From Blasia pusilla (Eukaryota): 64,000 nt of DNA. The position numbers and the translations under genes were made by a program. The stretch is taken from assembly GCA_050084515.1 (NCBI GenBank), contig CM114271.1, forward strand, positions 24,862,001 to 24,926,000. The letters run 5' to 3'. Shown here piece by piece: positions 13,860 through 25,423 of this stretch (position 1 is the stretch's first letter; every line of letters starts with the position of its first letter). The notes under the pieces were generated by a model. That model ran no database searches. It was not told the origin of the DNA and saw nothing but the letters and a program-made list of their open reading frames with translations.

Positions 13860-14390
13860 CCCTATCAACTCAAGCAGCAGTAGCAAAGGTAGTCTAAGGT
13901 TGGCTTAAGCAACTCAAAGAGTGGCATCAGCATTAGAAGCAATCTGAGGTTGGTTGTAGCAAGAGCAGCATCTGAGGCAGTCTGAGGTTGGCTACAACAA
14001 GAGTTGCACCAAGAGATGAGCAAGAGCTTGGAACCAGCAGTAGCAACAAGAAGAGCTCCAACTAGACCTGGTGAAGCAACAACAACAAGAAGAGGGGGAG
14101 CAAGAGCAGCTAGAGTCCGGGCTTGGAACTGCCAACAGTAGGATCTTAAGTATGAAGAGCAGCAACAACAAGAGCCGGGCAAGAGCAACAGCCAACAAAG
14201 TCCGAGATTGGAACCTCTAGAAGCAAGAGCAAGAGCAAGAGCAAGAGCAAAGCAAGAGCAAAAAGAGCAAGAGCAAGAGCAAGAGCAACATGATCTCCTT
14301 GATCTGCAATAGCACAAGCAAACCTCCCTGCATATGCACTAGAGCAACAACACAAGCACAAGCAACAAAAATTGAAATGGAAGCAGCAAG
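13860..14390. repeat. Low-complexity (GAGCAA)n / (CAA)n simple-repeat tract
   Basis: Run of GAGCAA units at ~14220-14290 within a CAA/GCA-rich block. Confidence 0.85.
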
Positions 14391-14484
14391 AATGGGCCAA
14401 GGCTTCACCTTCTTTGCTTTGAATCTGACTCCCTAACTCTCTCCCTTGAAAAATAAGGGAGAGAATGGCATTAGGGTTTGACTA

Positions 14485-14650
14485 TCCGTTCTTCCTCCCT
14501 CCACCTCCACTCTGGATCCCTCCTCCCTCATTGCTCCACTCATCCTTGCCTTGCGTTCCATCATGGATTATAAGTGTGGGTCCCACCTCTTGGAACCCAT
14601 GTCCGTGGATATGTCCGAACTTGTCCATTTTTGTGCAACCATGCTTGCCC
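14485..14650 (+). repeat. Dispersed non-coding repeat family, copy 1
   Basis: TTCCTCCCTCCACCTCCAC...AAGTGTGGGTCCCACCTCTTGGAACCCATGTCCG...GTGCAACCATGC; recurs inverted at ~33630-33890 and ~35040-35150. Confidence 0.8.
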
Positions 14651-15197
14651 CACAGTAGTCCGAGCCTACAAAGCACTCTGTACCACTAGAGAAAATTCAG
14701 TTAAGCCGTGTCCTAGTTGGACAAACCCATCGGCGTTCAGTCCTACAATTTGAGGTGGCACCTCCACTTGTCTACAATATCATATCCTTAACTAATCCAA
14801 CAAATATAGCAGTTTGTTCCACTGAGGAAAATTCCGTGCATCCTTGCCTTAATTGGAGCTTGTCTACCTACAGCCTTCTACAACTTGAGTTGGTAGGTCG
14901 ATTAATGTGAAATATCATACACATGGTGGAATGAGCTGCATTATGAGAACTTCAACTTAGCAGTGAACATGTCTGTGCCTACGACCAATGGTTTTGTTCA
15001 CACTACATGTTGCTTCACCCTTATCTTTCCAACTATTTGGAGGAAATATGCTTCTCCCAACCCCGGTTTGATAAGGATTGCAAATAGGCCTATAGGAAGT
15101 TGAATCACCAGTTGAGGGGGAGTCCACACTCTCCACACACTTGATTTTTGGAAAAACCTTACAAATGAGTGGTACGTAGGAAGAAAAAAATCTTCCA

Positions 15198-18100
15198 CTA
15201 GGCCTTCGAATTCCTTGACCCCTTCGCCTTTGCTTTCAAGCCGGTGGTGGATTTGTCGTTGGCGGTGATTACCCTGGACACCAACTCAATTGTCTCGATA
15301 GCTTGCTCCTCCGCATCTCCTTCAAAAGATTTGTCACTCTTCACAAAGTTTGGGATGTCTTCCTTGCCGGCGACGACTGCGTCATACACCACCCGTAGGT
15401 TCTTGTCTGTCATGTCCTCCGGGTCGTTGAAGTCCAACGAGAGTGGACAATTCAAGACCTCCCACTCCGACATGTCCTGCCCCATCTCCATGTCGTACAT
15501 GGAAAATCCCTCTCCATCAAGAGGAGAAGCCCATAATTTGTAGGCTACCAGAAATTTGCGCCAAGTACATTCACACAATAGATGAGGTACTTGTAGACCA
15601 TCTGTTGGGCATCTATTTGGCGGGATGACTTGGCCGCCTGCTCCTCAAGATCCCGCTTCTTCTTTGCAAAATCCCATTTTGCGCATGTATTTCTTTGTCT
15701 AGATCTGCCTGAGGGAGGATGTGATTCCTGAACATGAAAGCCTGGGTTTTTCATCAACTTATCCTTGATGTCATCAAGCCACACTTCAAAATCTTCTACA
15801 GCCTCCAGGTTGGCCTCCTTTGGAGCAAGCTCAATCTTTTTGAGCTCTAATTGTAGACCCACGATCTTCGACTTCCCGAGAAGTCGTAGGGCGTCCTAGA
15901 AGGACCATTCTTGAAGGCAATTGGAGATCACTAGGTCTGATACTCCCGTAGGATGGTCTCCCGCCCGCTTCTGCCTGAGTGCCCTTGAGACTCATTTTCA
16001 TTTTCTCGATCCGCCTAAACTCGGATATCGCGGAAAGTGCAAACATGTGCAAGCAATATAGAGAGAACTTCTTTGTGATTCGACCCTATGGATCCTCGTC
16101 CCTCTTCTGCCAGCGCTTGAATATCACCTTCAACTCCCTGTAGAACTCGGGCCAAGTTCGGGGTTGAGGATTGCAATGTACTGCTGCACCTTGCTTGCAA
16201 TGTACTTTGTAGCTATAGACATAGCAGTTTGAATGAATTTAGGCTGCTCCGATGCCGAGAGAAGTTCACTCTATATCGTAGAGAAGTTCTCTCTATATCG
16301 CTTGCACAGGTTTGCGCTTTCCGCGATATCCGAGTTTAGTTCGCGAATCTCTTCGAGGCAATTGGAGATCACTAGGTCTGATACTCCCATAGGATGGTCT
16401 TCCGCCCGCTTCTGCGTTTGAGTGCCCTTGAGACTCATTTTCATTTTCCCGATCCGCCTAAACTCGGATATCGCGGAAAGCGCAAACCTGTGCAAGCAAT
16501 ATAGAGAGAACTTCTCTATGATATAGAGCCTAGTTCCAATGTGGCACTCTTCTTGGCTGCCACAATCTTGGACCAGCATAGAATTGTCACCGTTGCATCT
16601 TGAGAGATGAAGGTATTCGCCCAAGTCTTCTTCTAAATTTGAGCATCCTTTGCAAGCATCTCATCAACTAGATCCTTATCGAGGAATCCCTTGTGCTGCA
16701 ACAGTTGCGTTGTAAAGCACCTTCTTAACTCTGTTGCATTTTTGGATCCAGTGGTGGATGACGTTCCCCTTAGATACAATCCTGCAAATGCAAACACAAG
16801 GTTAGAATAATGATCCCGTGCCACCCGTCGGTTTCCGTCTGGTTGCACTAGAGAGTCATGTGCAGAGTTAATGCAATCCTTCGGACTCCGCTGGGTTGCA
16901 CAACCCGTTGGACTCTGACGTGTTGCGAAAATCTCTTCGAGTTGCAATCTCTTGGAGGCCCAATGTAGTTTGTAGAACCTATCGGACTTTGACGGGTTGC
17001 ACCACTGTCCGTAGATGGCAACGATGTGTAACCCATCGGGGTTTGACGGGTAGCACATGGATGTCCATCGGCATGAAGTGATGCAACCAGTTAGAGTTTG
17101 ACGGGTTGAAGGGAGACCTCAGAAGCATAAATTTAAAACTACTTTTGAACCAAATTACTAGAAAGAAATTTGGTTGCAACCCATCGGACTCTAATGGGTT
17201 GCGAAATGACAAAGATTTTAAGTGAGGTTTCTGGATGAAACTTGTGTTCTGCAACCTGTCATAGTCCCACAGGCTGCATAATGGTCTTATTTATAAGTCA
17301 TCGAGGCCTAAAAGCAACCCACCGGACTCCAACGGGTTGCGAAAGGTGAAATAATCAACGAGTAGGAGGCACTTTTGGGGAAAATGCAACCCATTGGAGT
17401 CCGACAGGTTGCTTTTAGGCCTCCGATGACTCATAAACATGACTATTGTGCAACTTTTTGAACTCCAACGTGTGGCAGAACACAGGTTTGATCCAGAAAT
17501 CTCACTCAAAATCTCTATCATTTTGCAACCCGTCGGACTCCAACAGGTTGCAAAACACAAGTTTGATCCAAAATCTCACTCAAAATCTCTATCATTTTGC
17601 AACCCGTTGCAGTCCAACGGGTTGCAGTAGCTAGGATTCATCTAGAAATGTGGCTACCAATATCTCATTTCGCAACTTGTTGCAGCTCGACGAATTGCAA
17701 GATGGTTAGGAAAATCTGATGAAAGACGTAGTTTCAACCCGTCGGACTCCGACGGTTTGTTGGAGTGTATCCCAAATTTCATGTTAAAGGTAAAAAAGGA
17801 TTGCATCTATCGACTCCTATGATTCCTACCAATCTACAATCTGAAAATTTCTGCAACCCGTCGGACTCCGACAAGTTGAAGCAATCAAAGTTTATTGAGA
17901 GAGAAAGATCAACTTACATATTCATGGAATGTATTGCCACCTCCACCATTGCCATGTGATGCAAAAATTGATGGAGGACGACTGCCCTCATGTAGAAATG
18001 CACCTCCAATGAATTCGGGCGCTCCTCTACAAACGATGACCATGCCATGAACTTGTGGTTCCCATCCCCGATAAAGAAGTAGAGATTCTGCATCCTATAG

Positions 18101-19123
18101 TATTCGGTTCCTTCAATAGCTCTTCTAAATTCCTCCTCTCTAATCCTCCATAATGTGTCAAAGGCTTCCAAGTCCTCTTCCATCACTAGAGCCTCTCTTC
18201 CATGTTCATCATAAGGCTGAACATAGAATGGACGGAAGCTGTTGACAAAGGATCGATGTTGTCGCAACCGACTACTTCAATTGTGCGATGTCCTCGTTGG
18301 ACAAAATTTCGTGGATGTACTCCATTTTCCATAGTCAAAAAAGTGGAATTCGTGGGGACTTGTGATTGTCCACCAGTGTCATCTGCTTAACAACCTGCAA
18401 CAATGCCGAGAATGTCAATAAGCTGCTTTTTCAGATTTTGTGGATAAAGAGAATACGATTTCAGATATGCCATTTTCTACTTACCCTCTAGAAAATTGGT
18501 TCAATGTCGAGGCCGGCCAGCTGCTCTAGGACAGCAGGTGGCAAGTCCACAGGAAATTCATCGATGTGGAAGAGGTCGATTTCTTCCATCGGGCTCAAGG
18601 ACAATGACGACTCTTATGCTGCTTCTTCATAGATGTCTACCATCTCCACACTTGTTGTCCTCATGACCTCCTTTTCTGTCTCCTAAACTTCTGCGGTTTC
18701 CTCAGCCGATTTTAAGTTCATCATGTCCCTAGACCTCATCAGGGACACATCCTCCATCTCAACAATGTCCGTAGGATGTGGGCGGCTTTCTTCCACGGCG
18801 ATAGCCTTTTCCCTCTGCACTTTCACCAATTCTGCTCTCCCGATGGAGGCGTCGAGATGCTTCTTCTCTTGCTTTGTCTGCGACTCTTTTCTTCTGGCCT
18901 TTGATGCCTCAGCCTCTCCACGTTTTTCCTTGCAAGCTGCTCCAGAGCAAGCTTTGCCACAACCTCCTACATTTGCATTTTTGCTTCCCTCTCCCAGTCC
19001 TCTATCTCTTTAATGTCTAATTTCCGCCGAGGAGCGAGGGTCTGGAGATGGCGATGTAGGAGTCTTGATGGACTTGGGAGTGACGCTCCCAAACTTCGTT
19101 GCTTTTTTTTTCTTCCTCGTCAT
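15198..19123 (-). pseudogene. MULE accessory gene: K/E-rich N-terminus, ParB/Srx-like DGNH motif, coiled-coil C-terminus
   Basis: Start MTRKKKK at 19123; exon with YFFIGDGNHKFMAW (~18040-18080); donor GTAAGT at 17917 and acceptor TTTGCAG at ~16782 on the minus strand; downstream ORF pieces at 15198-16780. Stops and frameshifts present. Confidence 0.55.
16819..17880. repeat. Array of ~16 degenerate 29-bp palindromes TGCAACCCGTCGGACTCCGACGGGTTGCA
   Basis: Copies at about 16819, 16872, 16973, 17027, 17082, 17175, 17250, 17313, 17385, 17450, 17524, 17598, 17671, 17733 and 17852. They lie inside the intron of the minus-strand MULE gene. Confidence 0.9.
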
Positions 19124-19483
19124 TGTGCACGTTGATTGTGTTTTCTACCTCATCAATGGGATTTGCACCTGTGCACTCCTGAAAGTATATTGAAACCCAA
19201 TCTCGAAGCGTCTATGGATTGTCTCAACCCAACTCTCAAAGCATCGTTACTTTCCATCAAAGAGGCTTTGAGTTACCGTTGTGTTCAGCAGACACGAGGA
19301 TCTCAACTTCCGGGAGGACTCGTCGTAGGAGGAAGAGCTCCAACTAAAATTGCCGAATGAAAAAGGAAAATGAGAAAAATCTATGCCTTATATAGTTTTT
19401 GAGCCGTTGAGTTGACTATTTTCTCTTGGGCATCGTTGGCTGTTACCGTGCTTTGTACGTGGGAAATCCAGGCGAGGTCCCCG

Positions 19484-20400
19484 TGCAACCCGTCGGACTC
19501 TGACGGGTTGCATGATTCCTCGACAAGGGAAATCTAGGCGAGGTCCCTGTGCAACCCAACGGACTCCGACGGTTTGCATGGGGTCCATGCATCCTAGAGG
19601 GCCATCATCAACGTGCAACCTATAGAACTTTGATGGGTTGCAAGGACAAAGGTGGCCAAGGGGTTGCAAGTTGTCAGATTCGGACACATTCTCGATCATT
19701 GTCGGGACTTCCCTAAATCCCATGTAACCCTTCGGACTCCGATGGGTGGCAGGGGGGGTAAGATCAAACTCGGCTGTCCCTAGGGTTGGTGGGGAACATA
19801 AGGAAATCTTCTTCGCTTTCTCTCCCACCATTCTGAATGTTGCCAATAGTTTCAACCCCATCTGATTGCAACCTGACAGAACCTAACATATTTGCGACAT
19901 GTCGGACTCTGAAGGCTTGTAAGTTTTCGGAGTCACAGAGTTTGCAAGGGGACGAATTCAAAAAATTTGCAACGAGACGGACTGCAAGGGTTTACAATCT
20001 GTCAAACTCTGTCGGGTGGCAACTTGGCGGAGTTGAACAATTTGCAAATAGTTAGATTCCGAAAAATTTGCAACCAGACCAATTTTGTGGATTTGCAACA
20101 TGTTGGACTCAGACGGGTTGCAACTTGTCAGAGTCCAATGATTTTCAATCATTTGGATTCCAAAAATTTACAACATTTTGGACTCCGACGGGTTGCAACT
20201 TGGCGGAGTCAGAAAATTTGCAAATAGTTAGATTCCAAAAAATTTGCAACCAGACCAATTCCGTGGGTTTGCAAACTGTCGGACTCCGACGGGTTGCAAC
20301 TTGTCAGAGTCTGAAGTTTTGCAACCATTCGGATTCCAAATATTTGCAACCTGTCGGACTCTGATGGGTTGCAACTTGTCGAAATCCAACGGGTTGAACT
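19484..20400. repeat. Second array of the 29-bp palindrome, including a ~177-bp tandem duplication
   Basis: Near-perfect copy at 19484-19512; further copies at ~19550, 19614, 19723, 19893, 20095, 20170, 20270 and 20345; duplicated units start at ~20019 and ~20196. Lies between the divergent MULE genes. Confidence 0.9.
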
Positions 20401-22679
20401 AACCTCTTGAATAGCCAACCCGAGGCAATCCGGTAAGTTTCAACAACTCAACGTGATCAATCCCAAGGGAAATTTATTTGTATTAGACAGCGTTAGACAA
20501 TCTCACCTACCAACCAAAAGCTTGTCAAACGATTTATGTCAGAAGAGTAACGGTCACTATTCACTTTAAATTAAACATTCTCTTTCTCTTTCTCATTCTC
20601 CTCCGGGTGGAATCATCTCCATATGGATAATTATATGAAACTCATATATGGCAGTCATCTAGTGGCCCTTCCTCAATCAGAAATAATTCTACCGCAAGCT
20701 TGAGAGTCTTATGTACAAGTGGATGAAAATTTCCTCTCACTCCGATTTTCTTCTCCAAATTGGAACAATCTTTGTTTCCAAGAATGGAAGGGTGGACGGA
20801 ACGGAGGAGGTTGTAGGTGAGACAATCCAGCCAGTGATTGGAGACTCCAAAGTATGGAATCTCCTACCTTACACAAATGGACAATACAGAGTTTATGGCT
20901 TGCCTCTTAAGCCTTCCGTTTCCCAAGTTGATGGTCTGCAATTTCCTAGTGCACCAAGCTCCACGTTTGCCACTCCTACTTCTATAGATCTAGCGTTGAC
21001 TCCAACTTCACACATTCGTGATAATCTTGTGCTTCCTGAAGAGATTTTGGATGTCGTCAATCTCACGGGATCTGTTGGGCACTAATCGGACCCTGCTTCT
21101 GGCTACTCATTCATGTTGCAAGTTTTGGGAAATAGTTTGTTGTCGTCTCTGCCCTTTAAAATGTTCAAGCACATTCTTGTCGACGAGCTGCCGTCCATGT
21201 AAGATGGAAATTGAATTTTAGAGTGGCCTCCACTTGTTGGTCCTGTTTAGAAGAAAGATGGAGGACGCTTGAAGGGTATGGACAGAAATTTTGACTGTCA
21301 TCGATGGTGTAGGCTACAACAGAGTAGTGCTTCAATTTCATGTAGTCCTTGAATTGTTTCCCGCTGCCAATGTGTAAGAGCCTTGGAGTGTAGAAGTCCT
21401 GGCTGCCCGTTTCTAGAGCGCAATGGGTGAGTCAATACATCACAATTCCCCCCATAGAATGCAAAAACTCCATATGAGGTTGGTGCTATACCGCCAAGAG
21501 GCCATCGATGTCCTCATTGTCAAGCATCCCCTTTCTGCATTGGAGCGTGTCCAACTTACATATTTTTCATTGTGCAAGACTACATTTCTACGTCCGAGTA
21601 CACCAGGTTGGCTGTTCATGTTGGATCCCACACTCATCCTAGTACCGGTACAATTCAGAGACACATCAAGGAGGATGTGGCAAAGAAAGTGGCTAAGATA
21701 TATAGAAATTCTCTGGGATCAAAGCCTGGAGTGATCAAATTGGCAACAAAATCAAAAATTTGTGAACAACTTCTTGGAATCCTTGGCCAGGGCGAGATCA
21801 CGATTGTCGAGGAGAAACAACTATGGGAAAATCTGGCATTTCTCTTTGATCCTTAATGTTTCAGGAACTTGTTGCGTCAAATATAAGTACTTGATGGAAA
21901 GACAGCCAAAATGGATACCATCGCTAGGACCAAGGCTAACTCCAAATTTCCATTTATTTAGAGATGGCAGTTCATTGGTCAGGGAGGCAAGGGATCTAGA
22001 GCTTATGTCTTCAGAATGTCTATGACAGGGCCATCAAATGGCCTTGATCTTATTGATAGAATGAGGGAAGGAGAAGATCTTTAGGCAAGCTGGGTAAGCT
22101 TTTATATTTGTTATAGGGTGTTGAATGGATGGTTGACCATGGGTGCGCACGTTTACGACCATATGGAGAAGGGACTCAAAACCATATTTGTTTGTGAGGT
22201 AAAAGTAGAAGACGTTGGCAATTTCAAGATGTGTTGGTTATTCTTATTAGAGGTGGTAAAGGAAAAAAAAAGGCCACCTCTTGAAATTTATGGGTTCATG
22301 GCGGACAATGCATAATCAGGATGGATTGCTATCAGGGAAGTGTTTTGGGGTAGAGAAGTTCAACTAGAGAGGGAAAGGTGAGATGCTTTCCATTGGCAAT
22401 AGTCTATGACTCGCTACACCAAATCTTACATCAAGGAGAATAATAGAACACAACATGTTGCTCTACTCCAACATTGCAAGAACATCAAAATCTTGAAACA
22501 AGCCATGGAGTGCCAAGAAGAACTTCATGGGTGGTCGAGGAAGCATGCGATTGAGGGGAAAAACAAAGATTTTTGTTCTTGGCTCAGTTGGTGGACCATA
22601 CGAATGAGAGAATGGGGAAAGTTCATGCGGAAGGTGAGTTCAGCATTTGCAAGTTCCAAGTAAAAAAATATACTTAGTT

Positions 22680-23300
22680 TGCAAACCGTCAATTTTTCAC
22701 GGGTTGCAAGGTGGATCTGCTTGCAATTCGTCGGATCCCGACGGATTTCAAGCTGCAAGTAAGAAAGTATACTAAGTCTGCAAACTTTTGGTTTACAACG
22801 AGTTGCAAGGTGCATTTGCCTCCAATCCGTCGGATCCCAACGGGTTGCAAGTTGCAAGCAAGAAAGTATACTAAGTCAGCGTACGATTGCAAGGTGCATC
22901 TGCCTGTAATAGGTTGGATTCTAACAGTTTGCATCAATCTACAAGTCATCGGATCCCAACGGCTTCTTGGTTGCAAGATCTAGAGTGTGAGTTTACTCAA
23001 TCTGCAACTTGTCGGATCTCGATGGGTTGCAAGTTCCAATTGTGCAAGTTTACTGCAACCTGTTGGATTTCGAGAGGTTGCAGATCTTCCCTTGTTGACA
23101 CTTCTTGCAAGCCGTCGGAATTTGACAGGTTGCACATGGATTTTTTAGTCTAGACTGACCTCCTTCTTGCAACATGTCCAATTTTGACAGGTTTTAGTAG
23201 GAAGTTCTTGGGTGTTGCAACCCGTCGCATTCCGACGGGTTGCACATAGATATTCTTGGGATACCTCCGACTTGCAACCCGTCAGGTTCTGATAGTTTGC
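22680..23300. repeat. Third array of the 29-bp palindrome, inside the transposase intron
   Basis: Examples: TGCAACCCGTCGCATTCCGACGGGTTGCA at 23216-23244, and variants centred on GGATCCC at ~22722, 22821 and 22950. Confidence 0.9.
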
Positions 23301-24147
23301 TATTTTCTTTGCTTATAGAGCTTTTTTTGTTCTCGTCTCATATTTTCGTCTTTGCAGGGATTGAACATTCTTGAAAATGTCTTCTCCCCCAACACAAGTG
23401 GAGTTGAAAGTGTTCATTCCTCATGGAGATCGTCACAAGCATGCCAAAAAATTTCACTCGTGGAGGCATTTCAACAAGACCAGACAAGGGAAATGCTACA
23501 ATCTACAACATCCCATATTTTCCTCAGAAATGGCATAACCAAAGGAAAGGAACCTTTGATTTACTCGCTCAATGTTAGGGCCGTTGTGAGATGTGGTGAT
23601 GAGAAATTGTATGTTGAAGCCTTCAATCGGTGCGTATCTGGAACTCCTCTCGAGGAAGACGTCCATATTGGTGGGGATATTGGTGGGCGTGTTTCAAGAC
23701 GTCCCATACAGATGGTGGTAGAGCGGTCTGAGCGAGACTCTTGGAGACCAGATAAGTATCTTGACTTCAGGCAAGTCAAACATCAACATCGAGGAGCAAA
23801 CCCGATGATTGATTTGGATGAAGAGATTACCCGGCCTAGATATTTAGAGACACCGGATTGCTCCCAAATTCGAGTAGAAGTATTTTCTCCAAAATCAATG
23901 AATGATTTATTTCAAAAATCTCTCTCTTACTAGAACTTCCCCAAATCCAATCTCGGGGGTAGTTCAACAATATAGGATTTCGGTCATTTAGGTCGGTTGT
24001 AACCTCAAGAGGTGGAATATATCTCGAAGCAAACCGATGGCATTAGGAGAGCATGCGGCACTTTCTTGAATAAAATTGTATAAGGATTGGACGACCACTG
24101 CTTGGCTTCTGGGGGTTGAAAACCTTTGATCGTTTTACTAGGACCGG

Positions 24148-25423
24148 TGTCGTATAGTAAAATCAGCCAGTGTGTAAACTCCTTCCTCGTTAAGTGTTAG
24201 ATAGAGTTTTATTGGCATTAAGTAAATTAGGTTAGGGAAAGGAAGTTCACATGTTTAAACACTTTTTATGGTGCCTCTTTAATACGGGCCAAACTTTAGG
24301 AAAAGAGGTAATAAATAAAAGATGACTTTATAAAAGTAAAGTAGTGAGGTTGGTACTTTAATGAAAAGCAAAAGTAGTCTTGGTTGGTGGCTATTTTTGT
24401 TTGGGTAATTTGGAAAATATCAAGTGGGTAAAAGAGGATATTTTGGAAGAGATAAGAGGAAATCTATTTGTGTCAAAATATGATTGGCTAAGCCTTGAGA
24501 GGAAGCCATGTGGCACAAGATAAGATTAGCTCTATTTCGTACTCTTGTGGATCACTTGTGAGTATATAAAGAAGAGTGACCTTCAAAGGTTCATCACCTT
24601 CTATTCCACATCTTGAGTCTCTCGTGTCACTCTTGAGTGTATGGCTTTGGGATTGCTTTCTCTTCCAATGAGAGCGGATCATCCCCTCTTGGGAAAGTAA
24701 CTTGACCATGGTCTATTCTTCGAGAGGTTTATAGAGTGTGGTGTGTGTCTTTGGAGATGAGAGGCTTGTCACCTTAGAGGAGTTTAGTCATGCTAAAATA
24801 GTGAATTTTTTTGGCTTGTGATTTTCCCAATGAGAGTGGATTATCCCTCTTGGGAGAATAATTCTTCCAAAACCCATTCTTGAGGAGAGTAGAGAATGTT
24901 TGTCAAGCATGGATAGGGATGGAGCACGAGTTGTGCCCGACTTTCCTTTCCTCAATCCATACAATGTCAAGGTACTCTTTGTAGATAAGCACTAGTTCAC
25001 TCGGTATTTAGTTTATCACTTTGGGGAGGTGTTCATGAACCAAGTCATGCAATCTCCAACTCCGATGATTCTTCCTATCGTCACATATGGAAGTACATGG
25101 GATTGTACTCTGTATATCCTTATATAGCGATCCATGGTTGTCAATAGACTTGCTCAAGTAAGGATTAATACTAGTTGTGCTATCTTCCTCGTGTACAATC
25201 ATAAAAGAGTTTATAGGGATTTTATAGTTAGAAATGTCGATGTTACGAAGAAATGATCGCCTCGGCACTTCCATTCATGATATCTATCGTGAGAGAATGG
25301 AGAGTATACATAATAATTTTTTATTGAATAAGGAGAAACTCTTAGAGAGTTCACCTTGCATCGATCACGTCTGCCTCAGCTAGAAGGTCTGCCCTTACTT
25401 GAAGAAAGGCTCTTGACACGGCA
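24148..25423. mobile_element. Solo LTR (or LTR-like insertion) in the MULE transposase
   Basis: Begins TGTCGTAT and ends ACACGGCA (TG..CA, imperfect inverted termini); flanked by direct repeat CCGG at 24144-24147 and 25424-25427; non-coding; transposase-like sequence resumes after it. Confidence 0.7.

Noticed and set aside
13865-14408. Cys/Leu-rich ORFs
   Set aside because: Translation artefacts of the GAGCAA simple repeat.
16819-17880. CRISPR array (29-bp palindromic repeats at ~62-75 bp period)
   Set aside because: Repeats are degenerate, some spacers duplicate each other (17480-17523 versus 17553-17597), there are no cas genes, and the context is a eukaryotic transposon intron.
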